Positions 12,996 to 25,143 of a stretch of DNA of 64,000 bases are shown piece by piece. Where the stretch lies: contig NC_058368.1 in the NCBI RefSeq assembly GCF_018350175.1, positions 164,922,001 to 164,986,000 of the forward strand, read 5' to 3'. Source of the DNA: Felis catus. Lineage: Eukaryota. Position 1 is the first letter of the stretch. The number at the start of each line of letters is the position of its first letter. Under the pieces are notes generated by a model. It was not told where the DNA came from. It worked only from the letters and a program-made list of their open reading frames with translations, and did not search any database. A program made the position numbers and the translations under genes.

Positions 12996-13125
12996 CCTCT
13001 TCCGTGGGCCTCTTGTCTGCGCTTGGCTCTGGAGACTCTGTTCTGCTAATCCTCTGGCGGTTTTCTCTTTTCTGCTTTTTAAAACCTACACTTCTGATTT
13101 TTGATGAAACAAAGACAGAAGAGTG

Positions 13126-13208
13126 TATATATATATATATGTATATATATATATAGTATATATATATATACATATATATATATATAATATATATACTATA
13201 TATATATA

Positions 13209-13258
<50 letters not shown>

Positions 13259-13287
13259 TATATATATATATTATGTATATGTATATA
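13126..13287. repeat. Interrupted (TA)n microsatellite
   Basis: About 160 bp of TA repeats with TAG/CTA/CA interruptions. Confidence 0.97.
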
Positions 13288-16200
13288 GTGGCCTATGTTG
13301 ATGTTTAGCATTTTTGCAGCAAACATTTAAGAATTTCCACAGAATGTTTTTTGGGTATAGAACAAGTTAGAGAACACTAACCCATTCTAAATATTAGTAT
13401 AAAAAATTGCTATATTCACATGCGGTTTCTTTTGGGAGAAAGGCTAAGATATACATCTCATTGTAGGACATGTATCTCTTAAATGATGTACAAACAAAAG
13501 TGACCAGATAGTCTACAAAGAGAAAAACATTAAGTCCTTAGGACTATGTTTGTAAAATTGCATTGTGAGAAGTCCTCTATGATTGGTGAAATAATCTGAA
13601 GAGTGAAAATGATGTTGTTTTTTGTAACTGCCTAATATCATCAGAGTGACTCTTATTGTTTCTGAGAATAACATAATTGAAGCAATTTATCCTCAAGACA
13701 AGTGCTATATACTCTATCTACTATTGCTGTTGTGAATATAGTCAAAAATGTTTGTAGTACAGTTTGCATAGAAGAGATCAGACATGTTAAGTATTGTTTC
13801 TCTTAGTAGTTGTGGAAACCTTGCCTGTCAAATGACAGTGACAAATACCTATTAGGGAACAGAGCTTCTTGTAGGTTAGTGATGTTAGAGTTCATCTTGT
13901 GCTCATATGAAGCCCTATTACACATTTAAACACTATTGAACACATATGTAAGGAAATGTCCTTTGTGTTTGTATCTTGGCAACGTTTCAATATAGAAAAG
14001 GGAAATTAACCAGTATGTATTTTTTAATTCCCATGGAAAGAAGAAATTTGAAAACTAAAGCCATTTGCAAGGTATTTTTTTTCTCATAATCATAGAGTTA
14101 CCATATAATTTATTATCCAAATTCAGATACTTCTGTTCAGAAAAATTACTAAAGACAATAGGACCCTCAGTTATGTATTGGAGTGTCTATTACTCTACCC
14201 ATTTTATAGATAAGGAAACTAAAGTTCATTTATTGGTAAAGCTTGACTTTGTATGAGGTATCCTATAAGAAAATAAATAGAAGTCATTAGAAAATATGTT
14301 TCCCAGTAATATTTTGATAGCTTTGTGGAATGCTTCTTTCCCAAAACCTTTCCTTAACCTTCAAGTCCCTGTAGGCATCATTCTGGATATTGGAGTGCTG
14401 ATGGGAACCTTATTTGTGATCAGTGAAACTTGTCTAGCTTAAGGCTTTGTACAGCTACAAGAGGATTAATTGAAAGTAACCAAACACATTTTAAATAATG
14501 AGAATTACACATAGTTTATAAGCCATAAACTTCAACATAAAAATGTGTGCTGGGGAACTACAAGTATAGTGCAATAGGGTTCCACTGTTAACCTTCGAGT
14601 GTTCCACTAAGTAACTTTCCTATTCCCAGGGAATAGAGAAATATGTAGCTAGTTGATTGTTTTTATTTTAAGAAAATTGTTTTTGTTCTTGTTTCGTCTA
14701 AATTCCTCTTCTGGTATAGGTTTTGTTTATTATTTTCTGTGTTGCCTGCTGTTTTGGGCATGCTTTGTTTTATCTGGAAGTGGCGTTTTGCTTTGCAGAA
14801 AAGTAGGTTCACGGTTGCAAAAGGTTCACACTTCAAGTAAAAAAAAAGAAAAGAAATCTATTGTTATATTTTTCTGTTTCTATTCTTAATTTCCCAGAAG
14901 TTGTACAGATCCTCTGTGTCCAATATAGTCAACAGTATCTGCTACAGAATTTTGCTATCTCTGGGTATTGTATAGCACTGTTTTATTTTTTTTTCCTCCT
15001 GCTCAGTCTCTCTGCTGTAATTATCAGGAAAACTGTGGGGAAAGTACATTTCAGAAGAAGTCTGAGCCAAAAATGTACCATCCATTGGGCAAAACCATAG
15101 CTGTCTTCTTAATGTTGTGCCAGTAAGCGTATTCCTTGGCTACAGCACATCAGGTTGAAATATTTCATGCCAGAACTAATATGGTTACAAATTCAAAATT
15201 AGCTTTAAAAGGTAGTTAGTCATTAATATATAACAGTCTCTTGTCTCTGCTCTATGATTTACTGACATGTGATAGAAATCTCTTTGATATAAAAACACAT
15301 TGGCAGATCTATCTATTCTGCCTGGAATTCTGACTTCTAGGAGGTACTTTCCTGTAAGCTTCTATGCCTCTATCCTTAGTAAGAAAAATAGATAATAATT
15401 GTTCTTTTATCTTTTTTATTTAATGTATAGTTATTGTGTAATTTTTAAAAAATATTTCTTGATTTAACTGATGTTAGTTTTGGGTTTTTTTTAATTTTTT
15501 AAAAAAAATTTTAATTACTGGAGCAACTATACAAGTTCCCATCACATCAGATTAGATGACTTCTGTTAAAGTATAAATTAAAAGGATCAGTTAGCTTAAG
15601 TCTGTGATTACTATATGAAATTTTTTCTCTGAAAATGGATATTGTGCTTAGTTCAAATTTTTAACTCCTGTTATTTGCAATAATACAAAACAATATGTAT
15701 ATTTAAGATGTAGAGGGGTGAAAAAAAAAAAGAAATAGTACTTCCACAATTATAGTACTGTAAGAAATTGGTTTACTTCTCCTACAGTGTGAATCAAAAA
15801 TCTGAATGCCTAGCTTTCATACACAATATATTCAGAAGTAAATGGAAGTGATTTTGTCATTAATGTCTTTTCAATTATATCTTAACCTTTACTAAAGTGT
15901 TGTTTCCTTCAGCAATTATGGACAAATCAATAGTATGCCATTGTATACACATGAGCTGTAAAATTACAACACTAGGGACATTATAATGAAACCTTCACTG
16001 TAGGATTGACCAGATATGAAAAGAATATCTGAATAAGGCTAGGAGTGTCAGCATAAAAGAATTGCTGTGAATAATATAAAAATCTAGGTCAAGTGTTACC
16101 CTTTGGATAAATTCTCATTCTCTCCTCTTTAAATTTCATTTTACATTTTTATAAGCAAGTGTTACATAGCATTTATTGTGTACTAATACTGGCATCGATA

Positions 16201-16899
16201 CATTATATATCATAAATAATTTGAGTATGGACCCTAAATTTTAAGTAGCCCACAATCTGAGACAAGAAGAAGAGAGACAAGTATACACAATTTCAGTCAC
16301 AGCATACCTAGTGCCAAGAAAAATAAAACACACACAGTGCTATAAGAATACAGAATAGCACTCAACTTGGAGAGGTGTGGAGGATAGAGAGAAGCACTAA
16401 GGTAGAACTAACTTGTCACTATGCAAAGAAATCCCAAAACACAATGGGAACGTAAAAGCAGTGAGTTTATGGGGGATCTGGCTCCATAATGCCTTCAGGA
16501 AGAGTGTATCCTTCCCAGAATTTCCAAGGAGAAACTATAATTTTTCAAGATTATGTTGTCACAGTCAATTTTTGATGTCAGAATTTGAGAAAGTTTCGTC
16601 AATCCTGCTATGTCTCTGTAAAGTTTAGAGATTAAGTTTTCATTCCCCAATAGTTTTTAAGCATTTAATTGAAAAAAGTATCAATAAATCTACAAGTCTA
16701 AATTGTTTCATTACCTATTAGTATCAGTTTGACCTCAGGTGAAGAATATCAGACTTTGACTAGGAACAAACCAATGCCTATTAGGGAAGTAGCTGTAATG
16801 AAAGAAAGTACATGGACTCTGGAGCCAGTCAGGTCTCCCCACTTGAACGTGGGCTCACATCTCAATCTCTGTGACTAGCGTCTTGACTTCCTATTTCGC

Positions 16900-17163
16900 T
16901 CTGCTCCTTGCTCTCCTACATCCTTAGACCCAGGCCCCTTTTACTCTGCTCTTTCTTTGTTTCACATTGTACTTATCTCCTTCCAATATACTTTACGACT
17001 TATTTATTATGTTTATTGCTTATTACGCTGTCCCACTGCAAGAATGTATGATCCGTGAGGACAGAGATCTTGTCTGTTTCATTCTTTGGTGCATTCCAAA
17101 TGTAAAGTAGAGTGACACATAATAAATGATCAATAAATATTGAATAATGAATAAATAAATGAA
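16900..17163 (+). mobile_element. LINE-2 3' end
   Basis: Typical L2 tail: gaatgtatgatccgtgaggacagagatcttgtctgttt...caataaatatt...(gaat)n. Confidence 0.75.
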
Positions 17164-17304
17164 CATGTGTTAGCACTATCACTTATTAACTGTGTTTGTT
17201 GGACATGTTCTCAATCCCTTTGAGCTTTAAATATGTATAAATCAGCTCAAGAATTCCTACTCCATAGGGTTTAAAAAATCTGTAATGTATATATTTATAT
17301 TATA

Positions 17305-17605
17305 CAGTTGACTCTTGAACAACATGAAAGTTAGTGGTGCCAACCTACCCCACCATGGTCAAAAGTCTGTATAACTTTTGACTCCCCAAGAACTTAACTA
17401 CTAACATCCTACTGTTGACTGAAGCCTTACTGATAACATGAACACTCAATTATCATATGCAAATTATGTATTAATTTCTAGGGAAAAGAAAATCATAAGC
17501 AAGAGAAAATATGTTTATAGTACTGTAATGTTGTACTGTATTGGCAAAAAGCCCATGTATAAGGAACCTATGCAGTTCAAATACATGTTATTCAAAGGTC
17601 AACTG
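17305..17605. mobile_element. Tigger2-type non-autonomous DNA transposon (TcMar-Tigger)
   Basis: Terminal inverted repeats cagttgactcttgaacaacatg / catgttattcaaaggtcaactg, with TA on the left flank. Confidence 0.85.
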
Positions 17606-17608
17606 TGT

Positions 17609-17679
17609 CTATCTATATCTGTATCTATATCTATATATGTATCTATATCTATATATGTATACACACATATACATATATA
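17609..17679. repeat. (TATCTA/TA)n simple repeat
   Basis: Visible directly. Confidence 0.8.
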
Positions 17680-18415
17680 AGTAGAAGGATGGAGGGAAGA
17701 GTGAATACATACTGAACCTTGGACATAAATAGCAGTTAAGTATATGTGGTTATTTTTGCCTTCTTTCTCACTTACCAATGGATACATCTGTAGCTTAAAG
17801 TTATCCCTCCAAGTGTAGTGCAAGTTGCGCTTTGTACCTGAGTGAGATCTGTGAATCCAGTCACACTGACAAGAGTCCTAACTCTGCTGCTTGCTCCTGA
17901 AACATAACTTCTAGGAAAACGAAACCCAGATGTTAGCTTATTGGGGAAAGTTATATGGCAGCAAGTAGTTGCAAGTGGCAACTGAATAAAGGGATTTGCT
18001 CAGATGGAAACTGTTGTCAACACATTTTATTATTAGTTCATCATATTTTCAGAGTTTCTTTATACATTCAGAAAAATACATCTTTTTTGAAATTAATGCA
18101 GAACACACTGAAGAACATTGAATTCCACAGGTGACCTCTCATTAAAACAAAACAAAATCTAGCAATGTTTTAGAATTAAAAGTATAGAACATAAAATAAA
18201 CAAAAACATTTTGTGAAATTTTATGTAAAAGAACACCCAGTAGAAGGCATATCCATTTGATTCTCCAATAATTTACAACATGAGACAAAGGACAAAGCCA
18301 GGGAGTCTGTTCAGTGCCCCCTGTCTCTATAGAATCAGCACCACTGACACCCACTTCTTTTTTATTTCTATGGTGACAGGACAAGAAGGAAAAGGGTAAA
18401 GATAAGAGATCTCTC

Positions 18416-18639
18416 TTTTTTTTAAATTTTTTTAAACATTTCATTTTATTTTTTGAGAGACAGGGAGAGACAGAGTGCGAGCAGGGGAGGAGCACAGAGG
18501 GAGGGACACAGAATCTAAAGCAGCCTCCAGGCTCTGAGCTGTCAGCACAGAGCCCAATGTGGGGCTTGAACCCAGGAACACGAGATCATTACCTGAGCCG
18601 AAGTCAGAAGCTCAACTGACTGAGCCACCCAGGCATCCC
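18416..18639 (-). mobile_element. CanSINE
   Basis: Reverse head, GA-rich segment, T-rich tail. Confidence 0.95.
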
Positions 18640-18879
18640 AAAGGTGAGATGTCTTAAGTGCTTATGGAGATGCACAGAGGCTGGTTATAACAGGAAGTAT
18701 GGATGCTCACTAATCTCCAATAATTTCTTACAGTCATGGAAGGATGTTTAGATCAGGGCTTAGGTCAGGGCACCATTAGGCTAAACTGAGTTCACAAAAT
18801 AAATGTGTCCAAATCACTCGAGTTATTTTACATGCAAACCTTATTAAATTTTGACAATTACAAACAGAATAAAAGTTTT

Positions 18880-19000
18880 GTTGGTTCATTTATTTTTTAA
18901 AGTTTGTTTATTGAAGTAATCTCTACACCCAATGTGGGCTCAAACTCCTGACCCCGAGATCGAGTCACATACTCCTCTGACTGAGCCAGCCTGGCACCCC
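18880..19000 (-). mobile_element. Short CanSINE (no CT segment)
   Basis: tRNA-like head followed directly by the tail. TSD cagaataaaagtttt/cagaatgaaagtttt. Confidence 0.9.
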
Positions 19001-21084
19001 CAGAATGAAAGTTTTAAAAAGTATTAATAAAAATATAAATAATTATTCTCCCATATATTTAAACACTGTTATCTCATTTTGTCACTGAATTGCTACACAA
19101 AAAAAGAATAGCAGTAATATTGTTTAGTTTTTGGAAGAAATAATAAGATGGCATCAAGTGCATAAAGACCATTTTATAGCTTAAGTTGTTTCCAGCTTCT
19201 AGCTTATTCAGGTAGATTCATTCTTAAAGAAAATTTTCCAAAAATACCAAAGGTTTAGAGAATGAAAAGAAAAGGGAAGAAAAGGAGTCAGATAATTTCA
19301 TTTCCTCAGTAGTGGAATTATTCGTAGCTAAATAGGCTCTGAGCTCTTTTTTCTCATTGACATATGTCAAGTATAATGTTAACAATGAAATGAAGGATAG
19401 AGATATTCTGTTCCATTCCCTAAATCATTTCCTACAACTCCCTTAAAGTTAAAACTACTTAAAGTTACAGGGAAAATGAATCAGGAAAGCACATGGTAGA
19501 TTAAGTACTGGAGAGAAACTAATGGAGGGCTCTCCTACTGCATACACCAGCTCAGTTGGATGGGGACAGCCATTTAAAGGTCTGTGTGCTCTATTCTATT
19601 AGTGGACAGAAATTTTGTGAAAATAGTAAGATTGGTATATCTTTCATCTTTAAATACAAATGCTTTATTCCTTGTGTGCGTATTTGATGTTTCATGCTTG
19701 TTCCTTTTGTTGTGAAGGATTATTGATTTGTGACCATATTTATAACCTCTTTGTTTTGCTTGTTAACATTTCCTCCATGAAGTCTCTCTTTCTAGTTTTG
19801 AAGAAATAAAGCTAACCCCCTTGGAAAATTGCCGCCATGCCTTCTTTTATGCACCTTTCAGTGGAAAAATTTCCCAGGAAGAGACAGTCAGATTTCATAC
19901 TCCCAGATTTGAAGTAATAAGGTAGCTGTGACAACGATGAAGGACTGAATTTATTGGTTTAACAGTAAATGCCCAGGTATACCTGCAATGCTAAAGTGTC
20001 AAATTGGTGTCTGCAGAAAGTCTCATTGAGTAAAACCTTTTAAGGACTAGGATATGATCATCTTTATCAGTCATTGGTGAAACCAAGTTGTAGTTTTGAA
20101 AATAAGTTCAATTTGAAAGGAGAACAAATATTGTATCAGATTTACCCTCCTCATATATGAGACTTATATAAGTAAATTGATATCAGTAAATTAACCAAAT
20201 CACATTAGTATCTCCTAGCCTATAACAAATCTTTTATTATCCGTATTCCGTGCAATTTTAGAGTTGAGTGAGATAAGATTGTACTTGCACCGCAACACTT
20301 ATTCCCTTATTTGAGGATAATAAAATAGTCAATTTTATAGAAAAGTAGTTATCAGTAAAACTGGCCATTTGCTATTATTATTTAAAGATTTTGTCAGTAG
20401 TTTCTCCAGAAATAGTCTCATATATGTTTATCTCTAAATTTATTTGATGGCATTATCCTTTAAATATTTTGAATTCTAATTAAAATTGTATATTCATTGT
20501 ATGAATGATAATGATAAATGCAGAAATCTAAGTTGATGAATTTAGATTATCAGTGTTGCTAAAATAAACAACCACATATTTGGTATTATAACAAAATTAC
20601 TAGTTTTTTTAATCATTAAACTTGTAAAAAGGGCAAAAAAAATTACTAGCAACTTTTATGTATAAATTCCAGGACTTCCTCAAATAAGTGGTCCAATAAA
20701 AACACTTGTTTTTTTCTTCCTATTTTTATATATGTAGCTAGATTTTATTTAGAAATGCACAATAGTCAGTATGACTATTAGTATGAAATTTGTGGTACTT
20801 AGGTATTGCTTATTTAATGTGTAACTTAGTTGCTTGATTCTATATAATAAGTTATTGAAATAGTTAATTAGCCATTATTTCATCTTTCTATTGGGTTTCT
20901 ATGAGGCTAATCCACACTGTAAGACATCCCACATCATGGGAAGTAATATGTCCATGTAATTGAAAGTCCATGGGTTATGGTTTTGCCTTTTATTAAAATC
21001 TTCCTTCTCTCTGAGTCAAATGTTGGTTTCTTAAAGAAAATTTTGAAAACTAAAAACATTTTGCCAAAATAAGGTTAACACTGG

Positions 21085-21320
21085 GTGGTTGTGTGGAAAG
21101 CAATGGGCTTTCAAGTGGGCCAGTCCTGAGTTTGAATCTGCCTTTGCCGATTCTTTACCAAGTGGTTGATATTGGCCTGGTTAGTTATATTACCAATTCT
21201 TGATTTTCTCATCAGGAAATAAGAGAAACAGTATTTATTAAAAGGATTATTTTGGTTATGAGAAATAACATCTACAAAAACACAGCCAAGAGTATAGAAT
21301 ATGATTCATGTTTAATAAGT
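21085..21320 (+). mobile_element. MIR relic
   Basis: gaaagcaatgggcttt...cctgagtttgaatctg...ttttctcatc core-like motifs. Confidence 0.6.
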
Positions 21321-21527
21321 ATTAGATGAAATATTATATAAATATAATTTAATAGGACAATGTTTTCCATGAGTTTCCGCTTCATGACTTAATATATAAT
21401 GACCACTTGTTATGCTGTAGCCACTGCACAAAATTTAGTATTTTGTTGCCTAATTCAGGGCACTTTAAGTAACTAAATCAATCAAGTTAAATAAAACAGC
21501 ATAGCTTTACCCTCACCCCAACATATG

Positions 21528-21650
21528 TGAGTCAGTTTCATGACCTTGACTCGTAAGCAGGGAATCCCATGTGTTTCCCCAGATACAAGATTTCCCAGAA
21601 CTTTCGTTCATGCCACAGTGAGACCGAACAGAGCAATGTTTTCCTGGGAA
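21528..21650. promoter_or_regulatory. Candidate enhancer motif cluster
   Basis: TGAGTCA 21528, TGACCTTGA 21541, GGGAATCCC 21560, TTCCCAGAA 21592, TTCCTGGGAA 21641, all in non-repetitive DNA. Confidence 0.35.
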
Positions 21651-22526
21651 AGTCAGTCTTCTTTTTGATGTGCACAGGCCATTTTTTCATGGCCATTGGA
21701 AGGTTGGGGGGCTGTGAAAAATAGAGCACACACCTCTCTCTCTATCCATCCCCTCAACATTTTTTTTTACCATTGTTTCTACTTACACTTTTCCAATCCT
21801 AGGTATTTTGACATGTTATCCTCACTCATAATTTTTTGCTATGTAAGATTACATGCTAGATTGCCCTTTAAAGCCCACACAGGAAATACTATTTCAACAT
21901 AATACTAGCTCTATATAAATGATCTACTAGATGAAATAATGTTGGAAGGGCTGAACTATTAGCATTGAGAATAATCTTCTAAAATGAAAAAAATAGGATA
22001 TAAATGCTTCTGAAAGCCATTTAATATAATCAAGTTTTATTTACTCACACTAACAAATGGAGAGTGAACACTATGGCATGAATTATCTCAGATAGTAACC
22101 TTTGAAAAGTAGATAAACCAGTGGTCATTCCCAGAATTTGAAACACTTATTTTTGAGTATGTGTTGGTTTGTATCACTTGTATCTAATTAGTCTGTTAAA
22201 GAGACTAATTAATATAATTAGTCTGTTTGATATGAAAATGTCTCTATTCTTCCTTGGTTCATACAGATCACTGGTCAAGAAAAGTTCCTGGGTGTAGAGT
22301 AATTTGCCCTCTATTTTAATCTAGGTGGGACATAATGTATAAAAAAGGTAATAGAATAGCAGTGTGACCTTATGGAAAGCCATGAGTCCAGACTATAACC
22401 TATTTTTCAAATTAACAGATAGATAAAAAGAAAAATAATACAAATAGCATGAACTGAATTCACTATTGTTGATTCCTAGAAATTTTCCTTAAGGACTTTA
22501 TTATGCATTATTTCACAAAATTCTCA

Positions 22527-22703
22527 CAGGTTGCCAGATTAAGCAAATAAAAATATTGGATACCCCATTATATCCGAATGTCCAATAAACTTTTTTTTTC
22601 ATTATAAGTATATCCCATGCAATATCTGAGATATACTTAAATTATTTGTTGTTTATCTGAATTCAAATGTAATTTGGTATCCTATATTTTGTCTGGCAAC
22701 CCC
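22527..22703. mobile_element. MER53 palindromic hAT MITE inserted in a MIR
   Basis: Termini caggttgccagatt...tctggcaaccc and an internal palindrome (tataagtatatcccatgcaatatctgagatatactta). Confidence 0.85.
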
Positions 22704-23868
22704 AAAATTGATTTAATAATTATACACCATTATTAATAATCCCCATTATAAAGAAAAGAAATTGAGATTAAGTCACTTGTTCAGTACTATACACATATTT
22801 AGTTTGGAAGAAAATAAAAATATTCTCATAGTCTGGTTTCATAGTTCATGCTCCTCAGCATTTCACTGTCCTCTCTACCTCAGTGGTTACTCCTATGAGC
22901 TGAGAGCCTGCCCCATGTGATCACCTTGGTCCCTCTCAAGTTGAATCATCCATGATGTAGTTCTGTTTTCCAAGGTACAAAAGGTCTTACCCATTAAAAG
23001 TTAATTACACCTCATTGCTCCAAAATGAATACCTTTATTTTCATAGGATCATTAAAACAGTGCTAATGTAGATAACTTTCACATTTTTTAAAGAAACTTT
23101 CCAGAGATCAGTATGCCATAACCAAGCAATCACTTACTATATCATAAAATTGATTTCTCTAATTGATCCAGTGGACCTTGCAGTTTCTCTCCAAAGTTTT
23201 ACCTGACAATTACTATCTATTTACTTGTAAAAATTCTAATAAAATATACATGGATGTAAAATTAGAGGAAAATACCCCTTCAAGTACCACTATGGTTCAT
23301 TCTCTCTACTGTAAAATGGATCCAGGCTGTGACAGACAAAGCTGTTGTATGCATGCTGTGGAACTGAAAGCTCAGAGGCAAAAAGGATCTCCCTATCATA
23401 TAAAAAGTCATTTTAATTAAATGTAGAGTTTTGGAGGAATGGTGATAAGGAGGTGTTTCACTTTGAGCTCAGTAAAAGATTTTGAATTTATTTTGTCTAG
23501 CATCACCTCAGACAGGTCCAAGTGACACTTCTCACATCATGAGTTCACTGATAGTAGTCCAAGATCCTAGTTTTATTTCCAGAATGAAGGCATGGTAGAG
23601 AGTGGCACACAGTTCATCTGAAGTGGTCAAATGGGGGAACTGAGCAATGAGTATCTCCGATCCTGAGTGGTTGACCACCGACAGTAGAGAGGATTGTCTA
23701 ACAGTGAAGTAATTGGAAGCACAATTTATACATATTCTGGACACAGGCAGTGTAAGGTATTCAAGGTAAATCTTCAGATGGAGACTGGACATTCCGTGGG
23801 CTTGAGTGACTGCCAAGTAGCTCCACAATGCTAGTGTCAAATGGTACTTGCTATGCCCGTGGCAATAA

Positions 23869-23953
23869 CTAAGACTTGACAACTTTGCTTCCTGCTCCGA
23901 TTCTGAAGAACTGGCTCCACTTGTTGCCTCGGCGAGGGAGAACAACTTCACAA
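23869..23953 (-). CDS. Candidate terminal coding exon of an unidentified host gene ((S)CEVVLPRRGNKWSQFFRIGAGSKVVKS*)
   Basis: Acceptor ttgtctgtttatttgtgccccag| before 23953, locally elevated GC and CpG in unique sequence, downstream AATAAA sites (23572, 23487). An alternative frame stays open to 23532. Confidence 0.45.
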
Positions 23954-24920
23954 CTGGGGCACAAATAAACAGACAATAGGAAACCATGTTTATTAATGAT
24001 AATCTTTAGTCCTCTTTGATTTACTGTTTCACATCTTCACTATTCACTGTATTGGTTTTTTGTTTGTTTGTTTGTTTTCACAGTAGTGTTACGGTGATGT
24101 ACATATGTGACATATTGTTCAGGATTCCAAATAGTAGATGTTGATTTTATAAGATATGCTGCTAGTCATGTGCAACAACTAGTTAACTCTGATCTCTTTT
24201 TCTCCTACACAAGAAATCACATCTGAGTGTATAAGAGAGCACTTAAAGGGATAACCTTACCACCTCACTAATTCACTCTGTGAAGAAAACATTCGCTAAC
24301 TCTTTGTAAGAACAAAAACATTGCAATGTGATGATATAAATATCATAACACTTAGGATGTGAGCTACTATGCATAAGAGTAGGGAAATAGGAGTATGATA
24401 ATAATATTCTTCTGCTTAAAATCCTTCAACATTTTCATCTAAAGTCATCATAATTCATCAGATATAGGATACCCTTTATAATCTGTTCATGAGGTGTCTC
24501 CCTAGGGTCTCCTCTTTCACATTCTCTTGTGCTTTTCCAGCCCTGGGAGCAGTAAGTCACTTGCTCTGTCTGGAATACATCATGTAATATAGTTTTTTGT
24601 GACTTTGCTTGTGTTTCCCCATCTGCCTAGATCACCCTTTCCCTATGTTCTATGCATACTCATCTTTCAAAGCTCAACCCATATGTCACCTTCTCCATGA
24701 CATCTTCTCTATATAATGAGAATTAATAATTATTTTGTCTTTTCTTGGTGCTCAAATAATATTTTTATATCTCTTAATTAGAGCATTTTTTTCAATAATA
24801 GCATTATTTGTTGATAAATTTACCTTTGATAGTACATAATGAAATATGGTAGGATGGAGCTAATATGTATTTCCTATTATATCCCCAACATGGAGTCCGT
24901 GATTTAAAGGAGATTTAATA

Positions 24921-25143
24921 GGGGTGCCTAGGTGGCTCAGTTACTTAAGTGTCCCCCTTCTCGATTTGCACTCAGGTCATGATCTTGCAGCTCATCAGTT
25001 TGAGCCCCGTGTTGGGCTTGCGCTGCCAGTGCAGAGCCTGCTTGGATTCCCTCTCTCCCTCTTTCTCTCTCTTTCTCTCTGCCCCTTCCCCCCTCATGCA
25101 CACACATTCTCTGTCTCAAAATAAACATTAAAAAAATAAAAAA
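24921..25143 (+). mobile_element. CanSINE inserted in an L2 relic
   Basis: Head GGGGTGCCTAGGTGG. Degenerate TSD taaaggagatttaata/taaaaagtgtttaata. Confidence 0.95.

Larger units (their letters stand above)
8701..13066 (-). mobile_element. Felid LINE-1 lacking most of the 5'UTR and ORF1 (probable spliced L1 insertion)
   Basis: Poly(A) as a T-run at 8701, G-rich 3'UTR, ORF2 8938-12761, ORF1 C-terminal remnant 12812-12995, 5'UTR-like piece 12996-13066. Degenerate TSD tttatctacttttt/ttttctgcttttt followed by AAAA, an L1 endonuclease-type site. Confidence 0.95.

Noticed and set aside
12967..13326. 119-aa and 61-aa Ile/Tyr-rich ORFs
   Set aside because: Translation of the (TA)n microsatellite.
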